Assembly: GCF_001194135.2 (NCBI RefSeq)
Contig: NC_069002.1
Span: forward strand, 27,383,705-27,447,704
Length of the DNA: 64,000 nt
From: Octopus bimaculoides
Taxonomy: Eukaryota
Direction of reading: 5' to 3'
The translations under genes and the position numbers were made by a program. Each line of letters begins with the position of its first letter. Position 1 is the first letter of the stretch. Below the pieces are notes generated by a model that was given only the letters and a program-made list of their open reading frames with translations, did not search any database and had not been told where the DNA came from. Below, in pieces: positions 40,701 through 51,064 of the stretch.

Positions 40701-43097
40701 GAGTCCAACACCCTAACCACAAAGCCATGTGCCTACACAACAAATTCTAAANNNNNNNNNNCACAAAGCCATGTGCCTACACAACAAATTCTAAAGGGTC
40801 AAGCAGGAATTATTTGACCCTTTAGCATTCAGGTTATTCTGTCATGCCTAATTATCTCGCTATGGTAATATATTTTTTAGAATGACATTGTACGGTAGGT
40901 GTGAGAGGCTGGATCTGGCCAGTCTGAACATAAAACATGTAAAATATTTGGGTCTGATACAGCTGGTTTAACCCTTTTGTTACTGTATTTATTCTGAGAT
41001 GCTCTGTGGTTCTTTCAATTAATTTTGAATATAACAAAGGATTTAGTAAAATAACTTAGTTATCATTCAGCTAGTGTTAGGAGCATAAATTGTGACTAAG
41101 GTTTGGTGGAAGATTTTAATTCAAAACTTATGAAAACAAGACATTTGTACTCAGAGCCAGAAGTGGTTTCAGCTGGATTGGTAATGAAAGGGTTAACTGC
41201 TAAAGGGTTAAAGTTGATTTCAATGTTTCACCTTCAAAACAAGGACACATGAGATATGGTAGAAATGTGAAGTGTATTCATTATTATAAAGGTGGCAGGC
41301 TGGCAGAATTGTTAGCACGCCGGGCAAAATGTTTAACAGCATTTCATATCTTTACATTCTGAGTTCAAATTCCACTGAGGTTGACTTTGCCTTTCATCAT
41401 TTCAAGGTCAATAAAATAAATACCAGTTGAGTACTGGGGTCCATGTTACTGACTTACCCCTCCTGCCAAAATTTCAGGCCTTTTGCCTATAATAGAAAGG
41501 ATCACTACTACTAAGACGATGAGCTGGCAGAACTGTTATGCGAGGCAAAATATTTAGCAGCATTTCATATAGCTATGCTCTGAGTTCAAATTCCGCTGAG
41601 GTTGATTTTTCATTTTCCTCCTTTTGGGGTTGATAAAATAAGTAGCAGTTGAGTACTGGGATTGATGTATATAGTCTGCTCTTTGCATTCTCTTGGCAGT
41701 GTTTTGTACACTGGGATCATATATATTTCAGTAGTAGATTATACTTTCATCATTCCAAACTAGATTCCTTCAAAAATAAAGATTAAATTTTCCTCTATAA
41801 ATATCTGAAGGATGATCTCAAGAGGATGAAGTTTTGAAGGCTAATCTCAAGACATTGAGCCTTATGAAGGAGATGACCAAAGACCAAGATATCTGGTGCA
41901 TTGCTGTTCTCAAGAAGACCCGTCCATCACAGCAGAATTGATATCAGTGCTGCTGCCACATAAAAAGCACCCAGTACACTCTATGTAGTGGTTGACATTA
42001 GGAAGGGCATCCAACCATAGAAACCATGCCAAAACAGACAGTGGAACCTGGTGCAGATCCTGGCCTTACCAGCTCTGGTCAAGCTGTCCAACCCATTCCA
42101 GCATGGAAAACAGACGTTAAATAATGATGATAATGATTTCTTCCTGAGGCAAACGTTAAAGTTGTACTCTGAGTAAGGCCTAAGGAACCCTGGGCATTAC
42201 AGGAATGAGTAGAACAAAAGCTATCAAGAACAATTTAGGGGTTCCTGAGAAAGCACCTCAATGGTTCTGGTTGAAAAGAGATGATTATTGGGGTCAGTAG
42301 AATGTTGCTTTGATACAGGCCTAGGCTTGATCAACCTAGGTCAGATTGCCTTGACAAGGGGGAATGTTGTAAGGGGCGAAACAACCACTGAGCCCTGGAT
42401 ACAATGCTGATGATGGGTCCAAGTATTGCACCTGCAGATCTGTAGATGTATGTTGAACACTTACCTTGTTTGTTGTTTTCCTCAAACTTGAGACAGGAAA
42501 GGGTGATGCCACACTGGTCGTAGAGAAACTCTTGAGGTTGACTAAATAAATATAATCACATCATTTTATAACCATCAGTATCTTTGGAATAACATAGGTT
42601 TGGTTAAATTTATGCAGAATTATAGAAAATATCAAAATGTTTACACAGAGATGTTATAATGATGACAAGTAAAGAAATTAGTGTGGCTGTGTGGTTAAAG
42701 AACTTGCTTCCAAACCATGTGGTCTTAGGTTCAGTCCCACTGAGCAGCACTTTGGGCAATTGTCTTGTACTATAACCCCGGACTGATCAAAGCTTTGTGA
42801 GTGGGTTTGATAAATGGAAACTGAAAGAAGCCTGTCATATATATGTAATTGTGCATGACCATGTCTTGGCTGCACACAGTGGTTGTATCACCATCATACA
42901 AGCAAGGTTGCACATTTTCAGTTGAGCTGAAGGGAAATAAAACTGATAGAAACATGTGAGAATTGGCAATAGGAGGGACATCTTGCCAGAGAAAATCTTC
43001 CTCAATAAATTCTACCTGAACCTTGCAGACATGGAAAAGTGGATGCTATATATGAGAAAGAGAGAGGAGAGAGAGAGGGAAAGAGGGGAGAGGGGGA

Positions 43098-43138
<41 letters not shown>

Positions 43139-46100
43139 AGGGAGAGTAGGTTTGTGTCTCCTTGTCTCAACATCATGTGATTGTTTTAAATGTATTTCAT
43201 TCATTTCTGATTTTCTGCGTAAACATGTCTGGCCATGGGGAAAATATTACCTCCTCTGGAAACAGATAAAGGTTGGTGACAGGAAGGGCATCCAGCCCAT
43301 AAAAAAAAACAAAAACTCTGCCTCAATAATTCCTCTCTAATCCATGCAAGCATGGAAAAGCGTACATTAAAAATGATAATGATGAACGCGACTCATAGAA
43401 GAGTGCAATGGGAACCAAGCAATCCTCACATTCCCTAAATGGTTTTGTTGCAGCTTCAGCTTTTGCGAGGCACTGAAAACTTGAAACCATCGCTTATCAA
43501 CTATGATATAAAATAAAATGGAATAAGTATTAAAATCTTAACCACTGACACTTTATTTCACTCAGTTGAAGAAATTAGTTGCAACATCACTGGCGCCAAG
43601 CTGTATCGGCCTTTGTCTTTCCCTTAGATAATATCAGAAGTGTGGAGAGGGGACGCTGGTACGAATGGGTGACTGCCGGTCTTCCATTAACAACCTTGTT
43701 CATACTTGTGCCCCAGAGGGGAACTTTCTAGGTGCAATCCCACGGTCATTCATGACTGAAGGGGATCATCATCATTTAACATCTGTTTTCCCTGCTGGAT
43801 GGGTTTGACGGTTTGAGGTCTGGAGAGCCAGCGGCTGCACCAGGCTCCAATCTGATCAGGCAATGTTTCTACAACTGGATGCCCTTCCTAACGCCAACCA
43901 CTCCAAGAGTGTAGTGGGTGCTTTTTATGTGTCACCGGCACAGGAGCCAGTCAGGGGGTACAGGCATCAGCCATGTTTGGATGGTGCTTTTTACATGCCA
44001 CTGGCATGGGAGCCAATCAGACGGACCTGGCATTGACCACGTTTGGATGGTCTTTCTACTAGCCACTGTGATGGGGGACCCGCCAGGGGTTACTGGCACT
44101 AGCCACGTTGAGATGGTGCTCTTTACATGCTACCAAAACGGGAGCCAGTCAGGTCTTTATCTAAAGCAGTGGTTCTCAACTATTCCTTCCCTATGAGCCC
44201 CTTTATTTACTATTCTATTCTGGTGGACGCCTAAAGCTATTTAATGTGTAGAAAACTAGTTTTATAAACGCTTCTTTCAAAATTCCTAATTTTGTTTTCC
44301 ACACAATAACTTGTTGAACTGTGTGAAATGTTAGAGGAAGAAAACCAAGCTCTTTCTTGCAATATATACATCATCATCATCATCATTGTTTAATGTCTGC
44401 TCTCCATGCTAGTATGGGTTGGACGATTTGATTGAGGACTGGCAAGCCATGACGCTGCACCAGGCTCCAATCTGATCTGGCAGAATTTCTACAGCTGGAT
44501 GTCCTTCCTAACGCCGACCACTCCGAGAGTGTAGTGGGTGCTTTTACGTGCTACCGGCACGAGGGCCAGTCACACGGTATTGGCAACGGCTCCATGGACC
44601 CTTAAAATACTGCTGTGGACCCCTAATTTACTATTTTCCTTGCGTGGACCCCCAAAATCTTACACAGACACCCAGGGTTCATATGGACCCTGGTTGAGAA
44701 TTACTGATGTAAAAGAATACATAAAAAATTAATTTAGGAATTAACGATTTTTAAACTGAGAAAACAACAAAGAAAATTGGATATTTACATTGAGAGGTAC
44801 TTGGACTTCGGAATGACTGAAATGAGGAGTCTTGAGCTCCAATAGGAAGACCCATGGCATCATCTAACATCTGAATAGCTGAGATCAATTATTAAGGAGA
44901 ATATATAACGGGACACTGAAACCCCTAATAATACTGATATAATAAGACAGCAAAAACATAATAAATACAATATAACTGAAAAAAGACAAAATATAGCAAT
45001 AAACCCAATAATAATAATTGCTCATGTAAAAATAAAAAAATATGTCCTTTACAAGGAAATTGCAAAAGATTAAATATAATATATAAATGCATAGTAACAA
45101 TAAATAATAACTCACATAAAATGGTATACATAAGAATCTCTATTAATTTTAAAGAAAGATACCTGGCACATATACATTCATTTAAACCAAATATAAATAA
45201 TAATACAACCTCACTAGCTACATATATACAAAAACTTAATAAAAATAAAATTAATTATAAACTAGACTNNNNNNNNNNNNNNNNNNNNNNNNNNNNNNNN
45301 NNNNNNNNNNNNNNNNNNNNNNNNNNNNNNNNNNNNNNNNNNNNNNNNNNNNNNNNNNNNNNNNNNNNNNNNNNNNNNNNNNNNNNNNNNNNNNNNNNNN
45401 NNNNNNNNNNNNNNNNNNNNNNNNNNNNNNNNNNNNNNNNNNNNNNNNNNNNNNNNNNNNNNNNNNNNNNNNNNNNNNNNNNNNNNNNNNNNNNNNNNNN
45501 NNNNNNNNNNNNNNNNNNNNNNNNNNNNNNNNNNNNNNNNNNNNNNNNNNNNNNNNNNNNNNNNNNNNNNNNNNNNNNNNNNNNNNNNNNNNNNNNNNNN
45601 NNNNNNNNNNNNNNNNNNNNNNNNNNNNNNNNNNNNNNNNNNNNNNNNNNNNNNNNNNNNNNNNNNNNNNNNNNNNNNNNNNNNNNNNNNNNNNNNNNNN
45701 NNNNNNNNNNNNNNNNNNNNNNNNNNNNNNNNNNNNNNNNNNNNNNNNNNNNNNNNNNNNNNNNNNNNNNNNNNNNNNNNNNNNNNNNNNNNNNNNNNNN
45801 NNNNNNNNNNNNNNNNNNNNNNNNNNNNNNNNNNNNNNNNNNNNNNNNNNNNNNNNNNNNNNNNNNNNNNNNNNNNNNNNNNNNNNNNNNNNNNNNNNNN
45901 NNNNNNNNNNNNNNNNNNNNNNNNNNNNNNNNNNNNNNNNNNNNNNNNNNNNNNNNNNNNNNNNNNNNNNNNNNNNNNNNNNNNNNNNNNNNNNNNNNNN
46001 NNNNNNNNNNNNNNNNNNNNNNNNNNNNNNNNNNNNNNNNNNNNNNNNNNNNNNNNNNNNNNNNNNNNNNNNNNNNNNNNNNNNNNNNNNNNNNNNNNNN

Positions 46101-47199
46101 NNNNNNNNNNNNNNNNNNNNNNNNNNNNNNNNNNNNNNNNNNNNNNNNNNNNNNNNNNNNNNNNNNNNNNNNNNNNNNNNNNNNNNNNNNNNNNNNNNNN
46201 NNNNNNNNNNNNNNNTCTTTATATTTCATATTTTAGAATTTATAATATTCATGATTATTTACACATAAATTTTTATACGCATATATATTTAAACATATAT
46301 ATATATCTATTTTTAGATTTTTATATGTATTCATATTTATATTCCGTATATTTATGTTTTAAATTTTTAAATTTATTATGTTACCATGTTATGTTGGATG
46401 TATATCTTTCAAAATATTAAATATTGATTTCCTGAATATATTATTGATGAGTTCTATGAATGTATTAATGATATAAAATACATATATATATATATTCTGC
46501 AATGGACTGGCGTCCCGTCCAGCTAGGGGGAACACATACGCTATAGAAACCAGGAAACTGGGCCCATGAGCCTGGCTAGGCTTGAAAAGGGCGCAGAAGA
46601 AGAATATATATATTGGGTTGGTGCATAATTATTGTGGCCTTTTTTTCAACAGATTTTATTTAACAAAAACATCTTTAAATGACGGTCCAACTGTCTGCCA
46701 GGCAAATGGGAAGCAGTAATTGAAGTAGATGGTGAATATGCTCTGGAATAATTTAAAGTTGTTTTTGTTGAATAAAATTTGTTGAAAAAAAACCGCAATA
46801 ATTATGCACCAACCCAATATATATATATATATATATGCACACATGCATACACACATATACACAAAGCTTAAATAAAAGATGGACTGGTCATAGTGAGAAT
46901 ACCTTTGATCACAGGTTTGTTCAATCAAGGATGACTTGGTCTAAACAACAGCACCGACAACTAAATTCAATAATTCCATAACAGTATGGCTAATGAAGAA
47001 CAATATGTCTCACTCATAAGCTTAACAAAAATAGCTTCAACAAAATTAGAACTCACGAATATATGGTTAGTGAATCAGCAACTAAATGTCATAATCACTA
47101 AACAAAGGCGTTTTATTTCTTTAATGCAGAAAGGATACATTTCTGGAGATTGACTCCAGATATTGGTTTTCTTAATAAAGACGATCTTTTGGGTGTCAT
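14881..47199 (-). CDS. NUP107: Nuclear pore complex protein Nup107 (Y-complex), whole spliced CDS, 24 coding exons, 2628 nt / about 875 aa
   Basis: Exons joined by hand with GT-AG ends and matching phases give one open frame containing the Nup107/Nup84 hallmarks [89 protein letters not shown] and the terminal DPFGY. The three N-terminal exons are less certain. Confidence 0.97.
15069..15293. mobile_element. TTAA-flanked MITE (family D, piggyBac-type ends)
   Basis: TTAA-CCCTTTA ... TAAAGGG-TTAA, no ORF; copies near 11253-11481, 47885-48109, 59000-59184, 40269-40470. Confidence 0.85.
15788..15955 (-). CDS. NUP107: NUP107 coding exon 23 ([21 protein letters not shown]...KNCLYE)
   Basis: tttttgtag / gtgagt; RxHQMxLLR motif. 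Confidence 0.95.
17590..17828 (+). mobile_element. Family C tRNA-derived SINE (central domain resembles the Meta-type domain)
   Basis: Head gctggcagaaacgttagc, B-box gagttcaaattcc, then ctttcatcctttcggggtcgataaattaagtaccag; other copies near 2515-2660, 13950-14152, 24210-24380, 35385-35600, 41290-41670, 49965-50165, 57995-58185. Confidence 0.8.
18549..19040 (+). mobile_element. Family A SINE interrupted by a family B insertion (about 18695-18820)
   Basis: A head, then (cat)n-B segment, then A tail. Confidence 0.8.
19182..19250 (-). CDS. NUP107: NUP107 coding exon 22 ([23 protein letters not shown])
   Basis: ttttcag / gtaagt; YNVLLF..GGWMVD motif. Confidence 0.97.
19814..19987 (-). CDS. NUP107: NUP107 coding exon 21 ([18 protein letters not shown]...[10 protein letters not shown])
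   Basis: ttccttag / gtaagt; FNxWF motif. Confidence 0.95.
20665..20770 (+). ncRNA. Decayed type I hammerhead-ribozyme-like motif
   Basis: Stem I atcac/gtgat, core CTGATGA, stem II ggtac/gtgtc with a long insert, then aAAA-CGATtG-Tt; the three departures from GAAA-CGATCG-TC are all CpG transitions. Confidence 0.55.
21333..21404 (-). CDS. NUP107: NUP107 coding exon 20 ([24 protein letters not shown])
   Basis: tatgtag / gtaagt; NxxRExxCI motif. Confidence 0.93.
21885..22262 (-). mobile_element. Family A SINE, full length
   Basis: Reverse complement of the family A consensus. Confidence 0.83.
22512..22600 (-). CDS. NUP107: NUP107 coding exon 19 ([29 protein letters not shown])
   Basis: tattatag / gtcagt; AAxxVFxKxPxDS motif. 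Confidence 0.93.
23576..23678 (-). CDS. NUP107: NUP107 coding exon 18 ([34 protein letters not shown])
   Basis: ttttttag / gtaagg; IDWLxFDPxQR motif. Confidence 0.97.
24449..24609 (-). CDS. NUP107: NUP107 coding exon 17 ([36 protein letters not shown]...)
   Basis: aaacag / gtaaga; LELAKEA...[10 protein letters not shown] motif. Confidence 0.96.
24838..24973 (-). CDS. NUP107: NUP107 coding exon 16 ([16 protein letters not shown]...YALFLE)
   Basis: ttattccag / gtgagt; YALFLE motif. Confidence 0.95.
26080..26195 (-). CDS. NUP107: NUP107 coding exon 15 ([38 protein letters not shown])
   Basis: ttatcag / gtaaga; HLxRFMxHL motif. Confidence 0.96.
26321..26390 (-). CDS. NUP107: NUP107 coding exon 14 ([23 protein letters not shown])
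   Basis: ttttgtag / gtaagt; matches the HIVQKFLIL region. Confidence 0.93.
26975..27190. repeat. About 26-bp minisatellite (8-9 units) grown from the family B interior
   Basis: Unit like tggcaccagcatgggtgctttatatg, contiguous with a family B copy. Confidence 0.8.
27262..27620 (-). mobile_element. Family A SINE, full length, CpG-retaining (young)
   Basis: Reverse complement of the family A consensus. Confidence 0.85.
28110..28158 (-). CDS. NUP107: NUP107 coding exon 13 ([16 protein letters not shown])
   Basis: ttcttag / gtaagt; 49 nt, phase 2 to 0. Confidence 0.88.
28315..28514 (-). CDS. NUP107: NUP107 coding exon 12 ([25 protein letters not shown]...DLPNNYFQK+ag)
   Basis: tttcag acceptor; donor ag|gttgcg chosen because phase 2 fits exon 13. 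Confidence 0.95.
29585..29758 (-). CDS. NUP107: NUP107 coding exon 11 ([25 protein letters not shown]...PVEGN...)
   Basis: tttcag / gtagag; GQAWRAAxLEGW motif. Confidence 0.97.
29930..30290 (+). mobile_element. Family B RTE-related element
   Basis: Same consensus, including degenerate ORF tail and gatgatgat end. Confidence 0.8.
30464..30577 (-). CDS. NUP107: NUP107 coding exon 10 ([20 protein letters not shown]...IRAGDIEQ)
   Basis: tatcag / gtatgt; DPDAP motif. Confidence 0.97.
30720..31050 (+). mobile_element. Fragment of a second RLE-type non-LTR retrotransposon
   Basis: Degenerate knuckle CRI(R)[15 protein letters not shown], then RHD...[29 protein letters not shown]...[17 protein letters not shown]. 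Confidence 0.88.
32108..32186 (-). CDS. NUP107: NUP107 coding exon 9 ([26 protein letters not shown])
   Basis: ttttttag / gtgagt; completes WENTLH. Confidence 0.96.
32868..33290 (-). mobile_element. Family A SINE, full length
   Basis: Reverse complement of the family A consensus with an expanded (TA)n centre. Confidence 0.85.
33440..33531 (-). CDS. NUP107: NUP107 coding exon 8 ([30 protein letters not shown]+tg)
   Basis: ctctag / gtaagt; VVDWLE motif. Confidence 0.96.
35249..35320 (-). CDS. NUP107: NUP107 coding exon 7 ([24 protein letters not shown])
   Basis: ttttcag / gtaata; SE...LF..DS.VR..Q motif. Confidence 0.92.
36167..36296 (-). CDS. NUP107: NUP107 coding exon 6 ([29 protein letters not shown]...)
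   Basis: (CT)n-cacag acceptor, gtaggt donor; ExxTWxLL motif. Confidence 0.93.
37168..37555 (+). mobile_element. Family A SINE, near full length, next to NUP107 exon 5
   Basis: Family A consensus. Confidence 0.85.
37579..37735 (-). CDS. NUP107: NUP107 coding exon 5 ([12 protein letters not shown]...[12 protein letters not shown]...RAAPNQV)
   Basis: tgtttag / gtaagt; phase 1 to 2; FDLxxxYE motif. Confidence 0.93.
38921..38990 (-). CDS. NUP107: NUP107 coding exon 4 ([23 protein letters not shown])
   Basis: ttttcag / gtaagt; aligns with the EDVT...EDDP region of vertebrate Nup107. Confidence 0.9.
40103..40162 (-). CDS. NUP107: NUP107 coding exon 3 ([20 protein letters not shown])
   Basis: ttttttcttcag acceptor, ttg|gtaagt donor, 60 nt, phase 0 to 0. 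Confidence 0.6.
40814..41211. mobile_element. Family D MITE containing a nested family E TTAA MITE (40968-41196)
   Basis: ...gctggtTTAA-cccttttg...aaaggg-TTAA-ctgctaaagggttaa: TTAA on both sides of the inner element. Confidence 0.85.
42465..42541 (-). CDS. NUP107: NUP107 coding exon 2 ([25 protein letters not shown])
   Basis: tttatttag acceptor, aag|gtaagt donor, S/T/P-rich, phase 1 to 0. Confidence 0.6.
43910..44150. repeat. About 62-bp tandem units (about 4) at the truncated end of a family B copy
   Basis: Repeated gatggtgctttttacatgccac...ggagccagtcag...ggca...ccacgtt. Confidence 0.72.
44167..44706. mobile_element. hAT-type MITE with a nested family B copy (about 44370-44555)
   Basis: TIRs cagtggttctcaac / gttgagaattactg; 8-bp flanks atctaaag / atgtaaaa (6 of 8 identical). 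Confidence 0.8.
44890..45268 (+). mobile_element. Penelope-like element fragment (Cys-rich linker plus GIY-YIG endonuclease), running into an N-gap
   Basis: Open frame 44980-45268: [26 protein letters not shown]...[21 protein letters not shown]...[10 protein letters not shown]. This matches the CxC...CPLxGxC / IxY...YIG / FKxRY..H..SF pattern of PLE endonucleases, with YIG changed to YIR. Confidence 0.82.
46611..46819 (+). mobile_element. Mariner-derived MITE (internally deleted)
   Basis: About 45-bp TIRs tattgggttggtgcataattattg..., set in TA; remnant reading [12 protein letters not shown] resembles a mariner transposase C-terminus. Confidence 0.8.
47139..47199 (-). CDS. NUP107: NUP107 coding exon 1 ([20 protein letters not shown]+t)
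   Basis: Acceptor tccag upstream (exon starts 47215); ATG at 47199; [11 protein letters not shown] resembles the TPxSRSLLRQP N-terminal motif; weak donor GTATCC; phase 1 fits the next exon. Confidence 0.5.
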
Positions 47200-48904
47200 G
47201 TTTTGAGAACTAAAACTGGAATAGATAAAGAAAAACAAAATTATATATTATAATTAAATAACTGGGATTAATTGCTCAGATATGCTATTTAATTGATAAA
47301 AAAAGAGTTAATGGTTATATTTGTAATGCATTGAAGTGCAGGCATGGTTGTGTGGTGAAGGAGTTCATTTGATAACCACACAATTTTAGGTTCAATCCCA
47401 CTGTGATTCCATTGTGTAGCATCTTGGCTAAGTGCCTTCAACTTAGACTCAAGTCAACCTCAGCCTTGTAAATCAAACTGGGTAGAAACCTGTTAGCTGG
47501 TCTATGAAAAAAATACAAAAGAAAAAAGAAGGCCAGTTTCTTGGATTTTCCAGCAAATATATTTCCCTTAGTCCATTGTAGCAATCCATACTTTTGCCAG
47601 CTGTGTGTACTGGAGCAACGTGAAATGAAGTGTTTTGTTCGAGACAGAATGCATCACCTCATCCAGGAATTGAAACCACAATCTTATGACTATGAATGCA
47701 ACACCTTAACCACTAAGCCATGTGTCTCCACAACTGTTCTATACCACTGCTGCCACCACCAAACTCCTGGGCAACTTAACTAGGGTAAGCATTCAAACCC
47801 TAGTTCTGAGGGTACTGAGATCTTTCTCTGATCCTCTATCAGTCTAATCCTGTGAAATGTATTATGACCACTGTTCTTTTATCTTTAACCCTTTAGCATT
47901 CACATTACTCTGTCAAAGGTAATTGCTTATATATTCACATTGTTTTGAATTAATCATGCATTATCTTGTGGTTTTTTTAGATTTCAACAATGTGATTGTA
48001 CATTTTTACAATGACATTGAAGGGTAGGTGTGATAGGCTGAATCAGGCTAGTTTCATCATAAAACAGAATATTTGGGGTAGATATGGCTGGTTTAAATGC
48101 AAAAGTTAAACCATGAAAAAAAAAATTCAGGAAAAAACTTAAGCTCTCTCACTTAATATTTTTATCATTGTTTTACGATCATAGTTTTAACATCTACTTT
48201 TTCATGCTTGCATGGATCAGATGAGAGTCAGTTTGGCTGGAATGTTTTTTTTTATGGCTGGATGCTCTTCTTGATGCCAACCTCCATCTCTTTCCAAATG
48301 AGATCATAATATCCTAGTTTATTAACCAATAAACAGTTCAGACATGCTGATGCAGAGAACTGGAAATAAACAACACCAGCTGAATGGGCCTGTATGGACT
48401 TGTCAAGAAGCACACAAGATTGTAGTTATTTGTTTTAGAAAAATGCCATCCAGGAGTTGAATAAAATTCACATCACATTTGTAGAGAGTATTTTTTCTAT
48501 TAAGAGCACTGATCTGTCATCAAAGACCAGTTCCATTGAGTATTTGTGTTACATCTCTGATGGTAACACATGTTCTTTCCATTCTACATATTCCTTTAAA
48601 TATAATTAGGCATCGGTAAATCTGGAAAACTTGCCTCAGTGAATTCCATCCAACCTATGTAAACATGGGAAAGTGGACATGAAAACTAACCCTAGCATTT
48701 GGAAGTCAAGCTTCATATTATCGACACTAGAAAGGGTGAAAAGCAGAATTGCCTTGAGTGGGGTTTTGTACTCACAATACAAGGGGCCACTAATAAATGC
48801 TGTGAAGCATTTGGTCCAGCACTCTTATGATTCTACCAATCAACTGGCCCTTGATGGTGCCCATTGTTCTCAAGTTTAACAATAGATTAAGCAAGTATAT
48901 ATAT

Positions 48905-49332
48905 ATATATATATACACGCTTGAGAAGACCTGGCAAGCCAAGAGAAATCGTAGCCATGGCCGATGCCAGTGTTGCATAACTGACCTGTTTAAATGTACC
49001 CTTCAATCCTCAGGCAATATGTTGTGCCTGAGAAGACCTGTTTAGTCAAGCGAAATTGTAGTCAAGGCCGATGCCAGTGCCACTGGCATGTAAAAGGCAC
49101 CATTTGAGCATGACCAATGCCAGTGCCGCCTGACTGGCATCCGAGTTGGTGACATGTAAAAAGCATTCATTGCACTCTTGGAGTCGTTGCTGTTAGGAAG
49201 GGCATCCAGCTGTAGAAACCTTGCCAGATCAGACTGGAGCCTCGTGCAGCCTCCCAGCTTGCCAGTCCTCAGTTAAACCGTCCAACCCATGCCAGCATAG
49301 AAAGCGGACGTTAAACGACGATGATGATGATA
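48905..49332 (+). mobile_element. Family B RTE-related element
   Basis: Same consensus ending in gcggacgttaaacgacgatgatgatga. Confidence 0.85.
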
Positions 49333-51064
49333 TACATATTATATACATAATTTTTTGTGCGGTTTACACATTAAAAGCACCCAGCACACACTGTAAAGCA
49401 TATCAGATATACATTCCTATCATCAACTGCCAAACGGATATATTTCATATAGAGATATATATGAAATACAGTCAAACTTCTATGGAATTGTGTGTGTGAC
49501 AAGTATGAAAAAGATATATCTTACCCTGACATTGCAAACCTTGAAAGGTCGCATAAAGAATCCTCATCAGACATATTTCTTAATTAGTTGATGGTGTTAG
49601 CAGAGGAATAGCCTGCTGTAGCAGAGAATAAAGAAAATATTCAATATATCACTTCAGGAAACATTAACCATCATTTATAATAGAGTTGGCGAAGTGATTC
49701 TGAAATAACAATATAAAGAACATAAATAGTAATCAGAAAAAATCAATAAAAACGTGATTATCAACAACTAGAAGTGTGGAGTTGAGAGTGAAATCTCTAC
49801 CTGAAACTAATAGTTTTAAATGTTTACGTTTCATAAATTTAGAAGTTGATAATTAACTGTAGAAACCTTTGTCATAAAAATGAATCCCTAGATTATTGAA
49901 TATGGGTTTAATCCCCTATTAAACGTAATAAAATTTCAAATTGAACTAGACTTTCCTTTCTATTACAGGCACAAGGCCTGAAATGCTAAGGGAAGTTAGA
50001 AGCTAATCACACCGACTTCAGTGTTGAAGTGATGCTTATTTTGTCGAATCGGAAAGGATGGGAGGCGAAGTCGACCACGATTATACTTGAACGCAGAACG
50101 TAAAGAGAAGAAATTTCGCTTAGCATTTTGTCCGGAGTGCTAACGATTCTGCCAGCTCGCCGTTTTACATTAGGGAAATAACTTCAAATATATGAAACGG
50201 TTCTGAACAGAAAGATGACAGATTGATATTTTGAGCAGGAGACAAATGGACAATGTTCCGGCTTTTTCTCAAAGACATTAACGAACTATATAGTAGGTCT
50301 GTACAATTCCAGATTGATGACATAGAACATCGTTACCCAAACTTTTTGGAAACACGGTTTTATTCAAGAAAAATTTCCCACGGACGGTGGGATCACGAGC
50401 ATAACAAAACACAATAAAGTGCATAATATATAATAAAAAATATATTACTTATACAATACCTATGTTCATATACATACAACAAGCCTTCCCGGGTTCATCA
50501 ATTGTAGAGTTGTCAAGGAAGTGGCTTGTTTTATGTACATGAACATATTTATAGCTACATAATACAATGCTCAACGAAATAGAAGATTTAAAGATTTATT
50601 CTTTCTCTGCGGCCAGCTACTAAATGATGCGCGGCCGGGTGGTTGGGGGACACTTGGTACAGAAGACAATAAACCCAAACACATCTTTTGGCATGGGAAT
50701 TTGAATGTCCGTAAATTCAAAAATAGTCAAATATTGAAAAATAAGAAAGGGATTCTCGTATCTTTAGTTAGTTTTACTGAAGCAAATGAAGGTGTGTATT
50801 TCTGAAGAATACGATCCCGTGTTTATTGTAGGATTCAAATTGTCATTTTATTTCCCGCTGCATTGGATACATTCAAGTGAATCGCATCTATTTACCAAAG
50901 AAAAAGAAACTCGCACATGTTGGAGAAAGAATAATAACAGTAACAACGAACGTAAACGCAAGGAGAAATAACAGAGATTTTTTTTTCTTTTAAATAATTT
51001 CTAGACATAAAACAGTAAAAATAGTTTAAACGAAATAAAAAGCTGCAGGAAATACAAATCTTAC

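Noticed and set aside
40720-40794. 33-bp direct repeat on both sides of a 10-N gap
   Set aside because: Typical unmerged contig overlap, so an assembly artefact.
46425-46480. ttgatgagttc...gaa after the PLE gap as a hammerhead
   Set aside because: No GAAA-NUH arrangement or stem I could be built.
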